Assembly (NCBI GenBank): GCA_043799545.1
Contig: JAZDNO010000006.1
Coordinates: 64,001-128,000 of the forward strand
DNA: 64,000 bases
Reading direction: 5' to 3'
From: Methanobacteriota archaeon
GTDB taxonomy: Archaea > Thermoplasmatota > Thermoplasmata > SG8-5 > DAIRED01
Shown: piece after piece, positions 8,421 to 17,083 of the stretch
How positions within the stretch are numbered: position 1 is the first letter of the stretch
How the letters are laid out: every line of letters starts with the position of its first letter
Program-made: the position numbers and the translations under genes
Notes under the pieces: generated by a model
Databases searched by the model: none
Told to the model about the DNA's origin: nothing
What the model saw: the letters and a program-made list of their open reading frames with translations, nothing else

Positions 8421-8981
8421 ATGAACGAGAATGCGAAGATGGGTCCCCGCATAGAAATCCGCTCCCTGGGGGAGCAGGAGATGGTCGAGGTCCACCGCCA
8501 GCAGAACTCGCGCTGCCTCGCAGAGCTGGCCGACTTCCTCGACGTCGAGCCGCCTTACCTCCCGCTCACGCTGGAAAAAGTCAAAAGCACGGTTGCCGAG
8601 TACAACCGCAAGGATAGGACTTACCTCTCCGGGGTTTTCACCCATGACGGACATCTCGTGGGCCTGGCATTCTACGGTGCCGAGTTCGACGCCACCTGGC
8701 CGTGGCTATCGGTCCTGATATTTCCCGAGCACAGGCGCAAAGGGTTCGGGCGCGCAGCGGCGGACGCGCTGATGGCGAAGGCGTTCGGCCAGACTCACGC
8801 CCGCTCGGCATGCTGCCATGTCCCCGGCTGGTCCGAAGCGGGGCTTGCGTTCGCCCCGAAGATGGGCTTAAGGGCGGCCGGTCGAAGCCGCCGGTCATAC
8901 TTCATCGACGGCGGGTTCGTCGACGGTTTCTTCTTCGACATCCTTCGCTCGGAGTACGCCGGAACTGGGGGGGATATATGA
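8421..8981 (+). CDS. RimJ/RimL-type GNAT acetyltransferase (type A')
   Basis: VLIFPEHRRKGFG and FFDILRSEY; parallels 7251-7814 (PW, VP.WS, GR.RR). Confidence 0.85.
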   Translation: MNENAKMGPRIEIRSLGEQEMVEVHRQQNSRCLAELADFLDVEPPYLPLTLEKVKSTVAEYNRKDRTYLSGVFTHDGHLVGLAFYGAEFDATWPWLSVLIFPEHRRKGFGRAAADALMAKAFGQTHARSACCHVPGWSEAGLAFAPKMGLRAAGRSRRSYFIDGGFVDGFFFDILRSEYAGTGGDI

Positions 8982-9538
8982 TGGAACTGTTCGAGGGGAA
9001 GCTGGTCCGCCTGAGGCCATACCGGGACGGGGACTTGGGGTACTTTTCCGGGCTCAGGAACGACATGCGCACCCAGGGCTGGAACCAGAGGATGCCGCCC
9101 CGGGCGACGCCGGAGAGCACCCGCGAGAGGCTGGAGGACCGCCAGAAGAACCAGCACTCGGCAGTCCTCGCAATAGAGACGCTTGACGGAAAGCTCGTGG
9201 GCTACGTCACATACGAAGAGGGCCCCATGCGCCTGAAGGCTATGCTCGGCGCCATAACGGGGCCGGAGCACTGGGGCAAAGGATATGCCCGCGAGGCTCA
9301 GGAGCTGATGATGAAGTTCCTCTTCGAGGACCGCGGAATCCAGGTCATCTACCTATGGACGACGTCGTGGAACGAGAAGGCCGTGCACGGCGCGGCGAAG
9401 CTTGGCTTCAAACCCGCCGTTCGGTTGAGGGAGGCCACGGTGATGGACGGCAAGCGCCACGATGCGATAATAATGGACATGGTGCGCGAGGAGTACTACG
9501 CCGTCAGAGGGCTGAAGGACCCGCTCAGCGGCATCTGA
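8978..9538 (+). CDS. RimJ/RimL-type GNAT acetyltransferase (type B')
   Basis: GKLVRLRP, NDMRTQGWNQRMP, HWGKGYA and MDMVREEY; clear paralog of 7814-8374. Confidence 0.9.
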   Translation: MMELFEGKLVRLRPYRDGDLGYFSGLRNDMRTQGWNQRMPPRATPESTRERLEDRQKNQHSAVLAIETLDGKLVGYVTYEEGPMRLKAMLGAITGPEHWGKGYAREAQELMMKFLFEDRGIQVIYLWTTSWNEKAVHGAAKLGFKPAVRLREATVMDGKRHDAIIMDMVREEYYAVRGLKDPLSGI

Positions 9539-9541
9539 ACG

Positions 9542-10144
9542 TCAATTGCCGCTCTTCAGGGTCGGCAAGACCTTCACGAGCCCGGTGTCCAAATCGTATA
9601 TCGCGCCAGCCACCCGCGTCCCCTTCTCCCGCACGAGCTTTCCCAGCGGGGTCTTCGGAGACGAAATCCTCGCCACGAGCATCTCGGTGCTCACTTTGAC
9701 CGCGTTGGAGACAAGGTCTCCTTGCATCGCCCTCGCCTTTTCCACCGCCGGCGCAATGGCGGCCATCACATGGCTGAGGTGCCCTGAGGCTTTGTCTCCC
9801 CTGGCGGCAGCTTCCAAAGCTCCGCATTTGGTATGTCCCAGGACCAGGACGAGGGGGACGCGCAGGTGTCCCACAGCGTATTCCAGGGATCCGAAGGACA
9901 TCGCGTCCATCGCGCTCCCGGCCGTCCGGACGACAAAGATGTTGCCGAGCGTCTGGTCGAAAATCAGCTCCGGCGGGACTCGGGAGTCCGAGCAGGCGAC
10001 GATTGCGGCAAAGGGATTCTGGCCGCCGGACACCTGCTCCCGTCTTATCTGCATGGAAACCGAGAATGTGGACTCGCCTGCAACGAAGCGTTTGTTGCCG
10101 TCAAGCAGCTCCTTGATTGCCTGCGTCGCGGTGCGCGAACTCAT
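9542..10144 (-). CDS. Beta-class carbonic anhydrase
   Basis: CSDSRVP, FVVRTAG and LGHTKCGA zinc-ligand motifs. Confidence 0.93.
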   Translation of the reverse strand: MSSRTATQAIKELLDGNKRFVAGESTFSVSMQIRREQVSGGQNPFAAIVACSDSRVPPELIFDQTLGNIFVVRTAGSAMDAMSFGSLEYAVGHLRVPLVLVLGHTKCGALEAAARGDKASGHLSHVMAAIAPAVEKARAMQGDLVSNAVKVSTEMLVARISSPKTPLGKLVREKGTRVAGAIYDLDTGLVKVLPTLKSGN

Positions 10145-10908
10145 CGGTACATCCCCGGGGGCGCGTCCGGCATCTCGGGCTGCGCCAGGGGCTTGATCTG
10201 GGCAATCGCCTTCCTGACCTGCGCCTCGATTGCAATAGCTTGCCCCAGCAGGGGCTTCGGGTCAATCTCGATCTGCGGTATCATCTTGTTGAGAACAGTG
10301 AGCACCTGCGCCGCGGATCGGCTGTCGGGATATTCTGCGTGTGCCTCCACCAGAAGACACACGACATCGAAGTCTGCGAAGTTGCCTTTGTATAACAAGA
10401 GCCCTGACAGGCCGCTCACCATGCCCGTCAACAGCGGCTCGGTACCGAGGTCTTTCAGGTGCCCGTTGGAACCCGGAGTGCTTCCCACATGGAATATCTT
10501 AACTGGGTCCTTGGGGAGATCTGTGCTGTTGACCCCCTCGACAGCCACGACGATATGGCATTTCCTCTCCATGCACCAATCTATTATCTTGTCGGCCAGC
10601 GGAGCGATCAGGCCCGCCTTGATGGGCAGCTCGGACGTGATGACCACAAGCTGATTGCACGCCCCCTTCGGGCCGCAAACGTGGTCGCCGGCGTAGATGC
10701 GCACGGGCGGCATGGGAACGCCGTCCTGGACTATTGCCGCCGGGTAGAAATCATCTGAGGCGAAAGAGCCGACGAGCTCGAGTTTCAGGTTGGTGACCAT
10801 GAAGTTCGCGGCTATCGTGCTGACCAGGCCTATCGTCGGAAAGCTGACGACGACCATCGAGTTCGTCAAATCCTTCGTCATGTAATCGTGAACAGATATG
10901 GAGTTCAT
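10141..10908 (-). CDS. PAC2-family proteasome assembly chaperone/activator-like protein
   Basis: FPTIGLVSTIAANF, PPVRIY, GLSGLLL and PDSRSAA motifs; C-terminus ...MYR fits HbYX. Confidence 0.85.
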   Translation of the reverse strand: MNSISVHDYMTKDLTNSMVVVSFPTIGLVSTIAANFMVTNLKLELVGSFASDDFYPAAIVQDGVPMPPVRIYAGDHVCGPKGACNQLVVITSELPIKAGLIAPLADKIIDWCMERKCHIVVAVEGVNSTDLPKDPVKIFHVGSTPGSNGHLKDLGTEPLLTGMVSGLSGLLLYKGNFADFDVVCLLVEAHAEYPDSRSAAQVLTVLNKMIPQIEIDPKPLLGQAIAIEAQVRKAIAQIKPLAQPEMPDAPPGMYR

Positions 10909-10970
10909 GCGGCACCAGGGGGATGAGACAGTCGCCGATTAAGAGCTTTGCGGAGGAAGCCTGCCAAATC

Positions 10971-11016
10971 AATTTGTTATATATTGTAATAATACTTTGT
11001 AATATTGTTTTTTATA
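10971..11016 (+). promoter_or_regulatory. AT-rich promoter/operator region of the hybrid hydrogenase operon
   Basis: TTGTWATA at 10974, 10984 and 10997 followed by TTTTTTATA, in an otherwise GC-rich genome. Confidence 0.5.
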
Positions 11017-11060
11017 CTCACTCTCGGATTTGCCGTTGGCTCGACCCAGGAGTTAAGTCC

Positions 11061-12782
11061 ATGAAGCCCAAGGTAGCGGTGTTCGACTTCGCAAGCTGCG
11101 AAGGCTGCGAACTGCAGATCGCGAATCTCGAGGAGCAGGTAATCGACCTAGTCGGCGCGGTCGACATAGTCTCCTTCAGGGAGGTCATGAAGGAGCACTC
11201 GGACGATTACGACATCGCGTTCATTGAGGGCTCGATAAACCGACCTCTGGACGAGGAGCGGTTGAAGAAGATTCGGTCTCGCGCGAAGGTCCTCATCGCC
11301 ATGGGCGACTGCGCCTGCACGGGCTGTGTCAACAAGCTGAGGAACCAGTGGACGGTCGAGGAGGTCAAGAAAGAGGTGTATCCAGACGCGGCGGCGCAGA
11401 TGAAGGGCAACGAGCTCTTCGACATCTTTCCGACGAAGGCCATCGACGAAGTCGTGAAGGTGGATTTCTACATCCGCGGCTGCCCGATTCGGAAGGAGCA
11501 GTTCATCTATTACGTCAACAGGTTCGCGACCATGCCCCCGAGGAAGAACATGAACCTGCGCTTCAAGATCACCGAAAGGGAGATGGAGTCCGACCCCCGC
11601 TCGGTAATCCACTACGACCCGCAGAAGTGCATTCTTTGTAGGCACTGCCAGATAATATGCAACGACGTTCTTGACGTGCACGCCATCGGCATATCGGAGA
11701 AGGGGAACGAATCCATCATCTCCACGCCTTTTGAGAAAGGGCTGGAGGCCAACAACTGCATCAAGTGCGGCCAATGCCTCGTCAATTGCCCGGTCGGAGC
11801 GTTTTCGGAGAGCGCGGGAGTCGAAAAGGCCAAGGCGCTCATCGAGGACCCGAAGAATTACGTCATCCTGGTCATAGACCCGATTGCGATGGCCTCGGCA
11901 ATGGAGGGGATGATGACGTCGGAGACGCAGCTGGGGCCGGTGATTAGGAGGACGATATCGGCGTTCAGGAAGCTCGGCGTCAAGAGGGTGCTCGATTTCA
12001 CAAACTTCACGTACCTCTCAATCGCGGCGCAGGGCGAGCACATCAGGAACCACCACGAGATGAGCTTCGCATCATGGTGTCCGAGCGCCAGTATTTTCGT
12101 GAAGAAGTTCTATCCGCAGTTCAAGAAGTACCTGCACCCAGAATTCGAACCAGTTAACATCATGGCAGACCAGCTGAGGGCCAAGTACGGCAAGAAGAAT
12201 CTGAAGATAGTGCTTGTGAGCCCATGCATCGTGCACAAGGGCAACGAAAGCATCGACGCAGTGCTGACCGCCAGGGAGCTGCCGAGGCTCCTGAAATCAT
12301 GCGAGCTCGACATCGATTTCTTCCCTGCCGAAGGGGTGGACTTCGACACCGAGTGCTCCATGACGACGACGTTCCTCAGCGGGGCCAGGAACGACCACAC
12401 TTACTCCGTGCAGATGCTTGAAGCTGCGTACTATGGCAAATTCAAGAACCTCGATTCGGCGCTCGACATCAAGACCATCGGCGACTACGCCCACGAACTG
12501 ACCTTCGACAGCGAGGAGGGCTTCTTCAACGCCCTCGTCATCGAAGACATAGCAAAGACCAGCAAGTACCTCGAGAAGGACATAAGGAAGTACAACATCG
12601 TCGAGCTTTACCCGTGCTACTGGGGGTGCGTCACCGGCGGCGGGCAGACGCTGACGACTTCGTTGGCTGTGCTGGAGCACAGGATGGCTTTGCTGAAGGA
12701 GTACAAGGGAACGATAAAAGACCATGGCAAATTCATAGCCCAGATGATTGCCGGGTACGAACAGTGCAAGAGGGGTGAGTAA
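11061..12782 (+). CDS. Hybrid hydrogenase subunit: [NiFe] small-subunit N-domain + 2x[4Fe-4S] + [FeFe] H-cluster-like domain
   Basis: SCEGC/EGS/GDCAC/RGCP (group 3 small subunit), CILCRHC..C and CIKCGQC..NCP ferredoxin, then ASWCP, SPCIVHK and ELYPCYWGCVTGGGQ (H-cluster P1-P3-like). Confidence 0.88.
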   Translation: MKPKVAVFDFASCEGCELQIANLEEQVIDLVGAVDIVSFREVMKEHSDDYDIAFIEGSINRPLDEERLKKIRSRAKVLIAMGDCACTGCVNKLRNQWTVEEVKKEVYPDAAAQMKGNELFDIFPTKAIDEVVKVDFYIRGCPIRKEQFIYYVNRFATMPPRKNMNLRFKITEREMESDPRSVIHYDPQKCILCRHCQIICNDVLDVHAIGISEKGNESIISTPFEKGLEANNCIKCGQCLVNCPVGAFSESAGVEKAKALIEDPKNYVILVIDPIAMASAMEGMMTSETQLGPVIRRTISAFRKLGVKRVLDFTNFTYLSIAAQGEHIRNHHEMSFASWCPSASIFVKKFYPQFKKYLHPEFEPVNIMADQLRAKYGKKNLKIVLVSPCIVHKGNESIDAVLTARELPRLLKSCELDIDFFPAEGVDFDTECSMTTTFLSGARNDHTYSVQMLEAAYYGKFKNLDSALDIKTIGDYAHELTFDSEEGFFNALVIEDIAKTSKYLEKDIRKYNIVELYPCYWGCVTGGGQTLTTSLAVLEHRMALLKEYKGTIKDHGKFIAQMIAGYEQCKRGE

Positions 12783-13256
12783 ATGGACGTCAAGGACAGG
12801 TTCGTAATCGACACGGTTCTGGAGAAGTACAAAGGGGTCCGGGACCCCGCCCTCATAATACTCCAGAATATCCAGGCCGTCCTCGGATACGTCGGGAAGG
12901 ATTACCTGGAGTACGTCGCCGAGAAGACCGATTACTCCCTCACGGAATTGTACGGCATAGTCACATTCTATCCGTCGTTCAGGCTGGAGCCACCGGGGAA
13001 GCACACAATCAAAGTCTGCCAGGGGACGGCCTGCCACGTCCGGGGCGGGGAGAAGGTGCTGAAGGCGGTGGAGGAGCTGCTGGAAATCAAGCCCGGCGGG
13101 ACGACCAAAGACCGGCTTTTCTCGCTGGAATCGGTCCGGTGCCTCGGCTGCTGCGGCCTCTCGCCAGTCATAATGATAGACAACGAAACTTACGGGCGGG
13201 TAAAACCCGCCAAGCTCAATGAAATCCTGACCAAATACGGGGAGGCGGGCGAATGA
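12783..13256 (+). CDS. NuoE/HydC-like [2Fe-2S] subunit
   Basis: TFYPSF, VCQGTACHVRG and VRCLGCCGLSP. Confidence 0.93.
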   Translation: MDVKDRFVIDTVLEKYKGVRDPALIILQNIQAVLGYVGKDYLEYVAEKTDYSLTELYGIVTFYPSFRLEPPGKHTIKVCQGTACHVRGGEKVLKAVEELLEIKPGGTTKDRLFSLESVRCLGCCGLSPVIMIDNETYGRVKPAKLNEILTKYGEAGE

Positions 13257-16200
13257 AGATAAAGAGGAAGTTCGACCTGGAGGACCTGGCCAAGGCGGGT
13301 TTGGCCGACATGAACAGCGAGAACCCGCAGCTGATTTTCGGTCTGGCGACTTGCGGAATCGCGGCCGGCGGGATGCCGCTCAAGGAATACGCCGAGGAAT
13401 ACCTGTCGGTTAAAAACCCCAACGCCGAGATAGTCTCAGTGGGCTGCATCGGCATGTGCCACGCGGAACCGCTGGTGGACGTCAAGCTGCCGGGGAGGCC
13501 GAGGGTCACGTACCACAATATGACGGTTGAGAAGTTGAAGCGGGTCATGGACGAGCATCTTCTCGGGGGAAAGCCGGCCAAGGACCTGGCGCTGGCCCAG
13601 CTATCGGAGGAGATGTCCGAGTGCGTCGACGGCGTCCTGAAGTTCGACTCGAAATACGAGGGGATTCCGACCTATCGGGAGCTGCCCTTCTTCACCAAAC
13701 AGAAGAGGATTGTCCTGAGAAACTGCGGGATAGTCAATCCCGAAAGCCTGAAGGAGTACATTGCCAGGGGCGGCTACAAGAGCGCGTTCGCGATGCTTCA
13801 GGAGATGAAGCCCGAAGAGGTCATCGGCATCGTGAAGAAATCCGGCATAAGGGGCAGGGGCGGGGCGGGTTTCCCGACGGGGCTGAAGTGGGAGCTGTGC
13901 GCCAAAGCGCCTGGGGACGTGAAGTACATCATATGCAACGCGGACGAGGGCGACCCTGGCGCGTACATGGACCGGGCCGTGCTCGAAGGGGACCCGCACA
14001 GCGTCATCGAGGGGATGATAATCGGCGCCTACGCCATGGGCGCGTCAGAGGGCTTCGTCTACGTTAGGACGGAGTATCCGCTCGCCATCAAGCATTTGAA
14101 GCTGGCATTGGCCCAGGCTGAGAGCCACGGGCTCCTCGGCGAGAGAATTCTGGGAACGGACTTCAACTTCCAGATACACATCCGGGAAGGGGCGGGCGTG
14201 TTCGTCTGCGGCGAGGAGACGGCGCTCATGCATTCGATAGAAGGCAAGCGCGGGGAGCCGAGGCCCAGGCCGCCGTTCCCGGCGTCCAGCGGCCTGTGGG
14301 GCAAGCCCACCAACATCAACAATGTCGAGACGTGGGCCAACATCCCGCTCATCATGCAGAGGGGCGGGGCCTGGTTCGCGAAAATCGGGACCGAGAAGAG
14401 CACAGGGACGAAAGTATTCTCCCTTGTCGGCAAGATAAACCGGGCTGGCCTGGTGGAGGTGCCCGCGGGCATACCCCTGAAGGACATAGTGCACGAGATG
14501 GGGGGCGGTTGCCCCGACGGGAGGAAGGTCAAGGCCGTGCAGACGGGCGGGCCGTCCGGCGGTTGCATACCCGTCGAGCATCTGGACGTCACGGTGGATT
14601 ACGAGAACCTGAAGGCGCTGGGCTCCATCGTTGGGTCCGGTGGAATGGTCGTAATGGACGAGGACACGTGCATGGTCGACGTGGCTAGGTACTTCCTCTC
14701 TTTCACATCCGAAGAATCTTGCGGGAAATGCACTCCCTGCCGCGTCGGAACCAAGAGGATGCTGGAGCTGCTCCAGAAGATATGCCACGGCCAAGGCACT
14801 CCAGAGGATGTGCAGGTATTGGAGAACCTGTCCATCCAGGTGAGGGATGCGTCGCTTTGCGCGCTCGGCGGCACCGCGCCGAACCCGGTCCTCACCACTC
14901 TGAAATACTTCAGGCACGAGTACATGTCCCACGTCGAGGACGGCAAGTGCAAGGCGAGCGTGTGCGCGGCCATGTTCAAGTCGCCGTGCCAGAACACCTG
15001 CCCGGCCGGCACGAACGTCCCGGGATACATCCAGCTGATAAACGAGGGCAAGCTCGTTGAGGCCTACCAGGTGAACCTCGAGAACAACCCGTTCCCCTCG
15101 GTTTGCGGGCGCGTTTGCGAGCACCCATGCGAGGCAAGGTGCCAGCGCGGCCAGCTGGACGAGTCGATTGCCATCAGGGACCTTAAGAGGGTATGCTCCG
15201 ACGGCTTCGCCAAGTCCAAGAAGGCGCCGAAGGTTTCGAAGCTCAAACCCGTGGGGAAGAAGGTCGCCATAGTCGGCGGCGGGCCGTCGGGCATGTCGGC
15301 GGCGTACTTCCTCGCCCGCCTGGGCTACTTGCCGACCGTGTTCGAATCGGCCGAGAGGGCGGGGGGCTGGATGCGCTACGGGATACCGCGCTACAGGCTG
15401 CCGCACGAGGTGATCGACCGGGAGATAAAGAACATCGTCGACCTGGGCGTGGAATTGAAGACCGGCGTCGCCGTAGGCAGGGACGTGACTTTGCCCGAAC
15501 TCAAGAAGAAGTATGACGCGGTGTACCTAGCCATCGGGGCACAGCTCGATAAAAAGCTCGGGCTGGAGGGCGAGGACCTGCCCGGCGTGTTGCCAGGGCT
15601 CCAGGTGTTGAGGGATGTCAACGGCGGCAAGAAGGTCGACATCGGAAGGCACACGCTCATCATCGGTGGGGGCAACGTCGCTGTGGACGTGGCAAGAACC
15701 GCCGTGCGTGTGGGCGCCAAGGTGACGATTTGCTACAGGCGCGAGGAGCAGGACATGCCCGCCTACCGTGAAGAGGTAGAGCAGTGCAAGCAGGAGGGCG
15801 TCACTTACCACTTCCTCGTGGCGCCGGAGAAGCTAATCGTCCAGAAGGGAAGGGTCGTCGGAGCAGTGTTCAGGAAGAACTCGATTGGGGAGTTCAACAA
15901 GCACGGCCGCAGGGCGCCGGTGCCGACGGAAGAGACGCTGGAGGTCAAGGCCGACAGCATCATCGTGGCCATCGGGCAGGACGTCGACGAAGGCTTCGCA
16001 AAGGGATTCGACGGCGCGATTCTGGGCAAGGGCAAGCTCGTCGAGACCAAGAAAGGCCTGGCGACTAGCGACCCTAAGGTATTCGCCGGAGGGGACGCGG
16101 TCCTGGGGCCGGCGAGCGTCATCGAGGCCATAGGCCACGGAAAGCAGGCCGCGAGGAGCATCGACGCGATGCTCAGCGGGAAAGACAGGTTCCCCGAGCT

Positions 16201-16402
16201 GGAAGAGCACAACTTCGCGGGCTATTCCATGGCGGAGCCCAAGAACGAGCAGGAGATGCCGCGCCAGCATTCGGCGGAGGCCGAGGCTGCCAAGCGGATG
16301 TGCGGCTTCGACGAGGTGGTGATGTGCCTGGACGCGAAATGCGCCAAGAAAGAATCATCGAGATGTCTGAGGTGTGACCTCAGCGCAGTGGGGGATGATT
16401 AG
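13253..16402 (+). CDS. NuoF/HydB-like diaphorase fused to a GltD-like FAD/NAD(P)H domain
   Basis: GRGGAGFPTG, CNADEGDPG, CGEETAL and ESCGKCTPC, then CQNTCPAG, CGRVCEHPCE, GGGPSG, GGGNVAVD and AGGDAV. Confidence 0.93.
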   Translation: MKIKRKFDLEDLAKAGLADMNSENPQLIFGLATCGIAAGGMPLKEYAEEYLSVKNPNAEIVSVGCIGMCHAEPLVDVKLPGRPRVTYHNMTVEKLKRVMDEHLLGGKPAKDLALAQLSEEMSECVDGVLKFDSKYEGIPTYRELPFFTKQKRIVLRNCGIVNPESLKEYIARGGYKSAFAMLQEMKPEEVIGIVKKSGIRGRGGAGFPTGLKWELCAKAPGDVKYIICNADEGDPGAYMDRAVLEGDPHSVIEGMIIGAYAMGASEGFVYVRTEYPLAIKHLKLALAQAESHGLLGERILGTDFNFQIHIREGAGVFVCGEETALMHSIEGKRGEPRPRPPFPASSGLWGKPTNINNVETWANIPLIMQRGGAWFAKIGTEKSTGTKVFSLVGKINRAGLVEVPAGIPLKDIVHEMGGGCPDGRKVKAVQTGGPSGGCIPVEHLDVTVDYENLKALGSIVGSGGMVVMDEDTCMVDVARYFLSFTSEESCGKCTPCRVGTKRMLELLQKICHGQGTPEDVQVLENLSIQVRDASLCALGGTAPNPVLTTLKYFRHEYMSHVEDGKCKASVCAAMFKSPCQNTCPAGTNVPGYIQLINEGKLVEAYQVNLENNPFPSVCGRVCEHPCEARCQRGQLDESIAIRDLKRVCSDGFAKSKKAPKVSKLKPVGKKVAIVGGGPSGMSAAYFLARLGYLPTVFESAERAGGWMRYGIPRYRLPHEVIDREIKNIVDLGVELKTGVAVGRDVTLPELKKKYDAVYLAIGAQLDKKLGLEGEDLPGVLPGLQVLRDVNGGKKVDIGRHTLIIGGGNVAVDVARTAVRVGAKVTICYRREEQDMPAYREEVEQCKQEGVTYHFLVAPEKLIVQKGRVVGAVFRKNSIGEFNKHGRRAPVPTEETLEVKADSIIVAIGQDVDEGFAKGFDGAILGKGKLVETKKGLATSDPKVFAGGDAVLGPASVIEAIGHGKQAARSIDAMLSGKDRFPELEEHNFAGYSMAEPKNEQEMPRQHSAEAEAAKRMCGFDEVVMCLDAKCAKKESSRCLRCDLSAVGDD

Positions 16403-17083
16403 ATGCCTTCAGGCGTGATGATTGAGATTGTAGTTGACGGCAAGAAGATACATTGCCAGCCTAACCAGACGGTGCTGGAAGTCGCCAAGGCGAACAACAT
16501 CAGCATCCCGACGATGTGCCTGAACCCTCTGTTTCCGGGGCACAAGGTGGGTGCGTGCAGGATGTGCCTCGTGGAGATAACGGGGGGCGGGAGGCCTGGG
16601 CTGCAACCGAGCTGCACGCTGCCTGTCTCGTCGGGTCTGGCCATGTCCACATGCAGCGATGCAGTGTACAACGCCAGGCGGACTGTGGTGGAGCTGATGC
16701 TGACGGAGCACGTGCAGAAATGCCGCGACTGCCCCATCAGCGGTGACTGCAACTTCGCCAGGCTGTGCAGGGACTACGACGTCAACGGCGTCCCGGTCTG
16801 CGCGGAATGCCCCAACCAGAGGGAGGGCTGCCTGCTCAAGCGCGGAGTCCTCTGCGTCGGGCCGATAACGTACGCCAACTGCAACGCCTACTGCACCCGG
16901 CAGGGGTACAGATGCGAGGGTTGCCACTCCGTGATGGTGCACGACGACATACTGAAGTTCGGCATCAGGGCATTCAAGGACGCTGGCTTCAAGGCCAAGG
17001 ACATAGTGGAGGCAGCGAAAGTCTTCTCGTACGACAGCGTCAAAAGGGTCGAGAAGGCGCTGAAAGAGGAGGGGATGAAATGA
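16403..17083 (+). CDS. [2Fe-2S] + His-ligated [4Fe-4S] (NuoG/HydA N-type) domain fused to [NiFe] small-subunit C-terminal domain
   Basis: IPTMC, GACRMCLVE, QPSC and HVQKCRDC..GDC, then PVCAEC..GCL..GVLCVGPIT.ANCNAYC..G..CEGC. Confidence 0.85.
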   Translation: MPSGVMIEIVVDGKKIHCQPNQTVLEVAKANNISIPTMCLNPLFPGHKVGACRMCLVEITGGGRPGLQPSCTLPVSSGLAMSTCSDAVYNARRTVVELMLTEHVQKCRDCPISGDCNFARLCRDYDVNGVPVCAECPNQREGCLLKRGVLCVGPITYANCNAYCTRQGYRCEGCHSVMVHDDILKFGIRAFKDAGFKAKDIVEAAKVFSYDSVKRVEKALKEEGMK

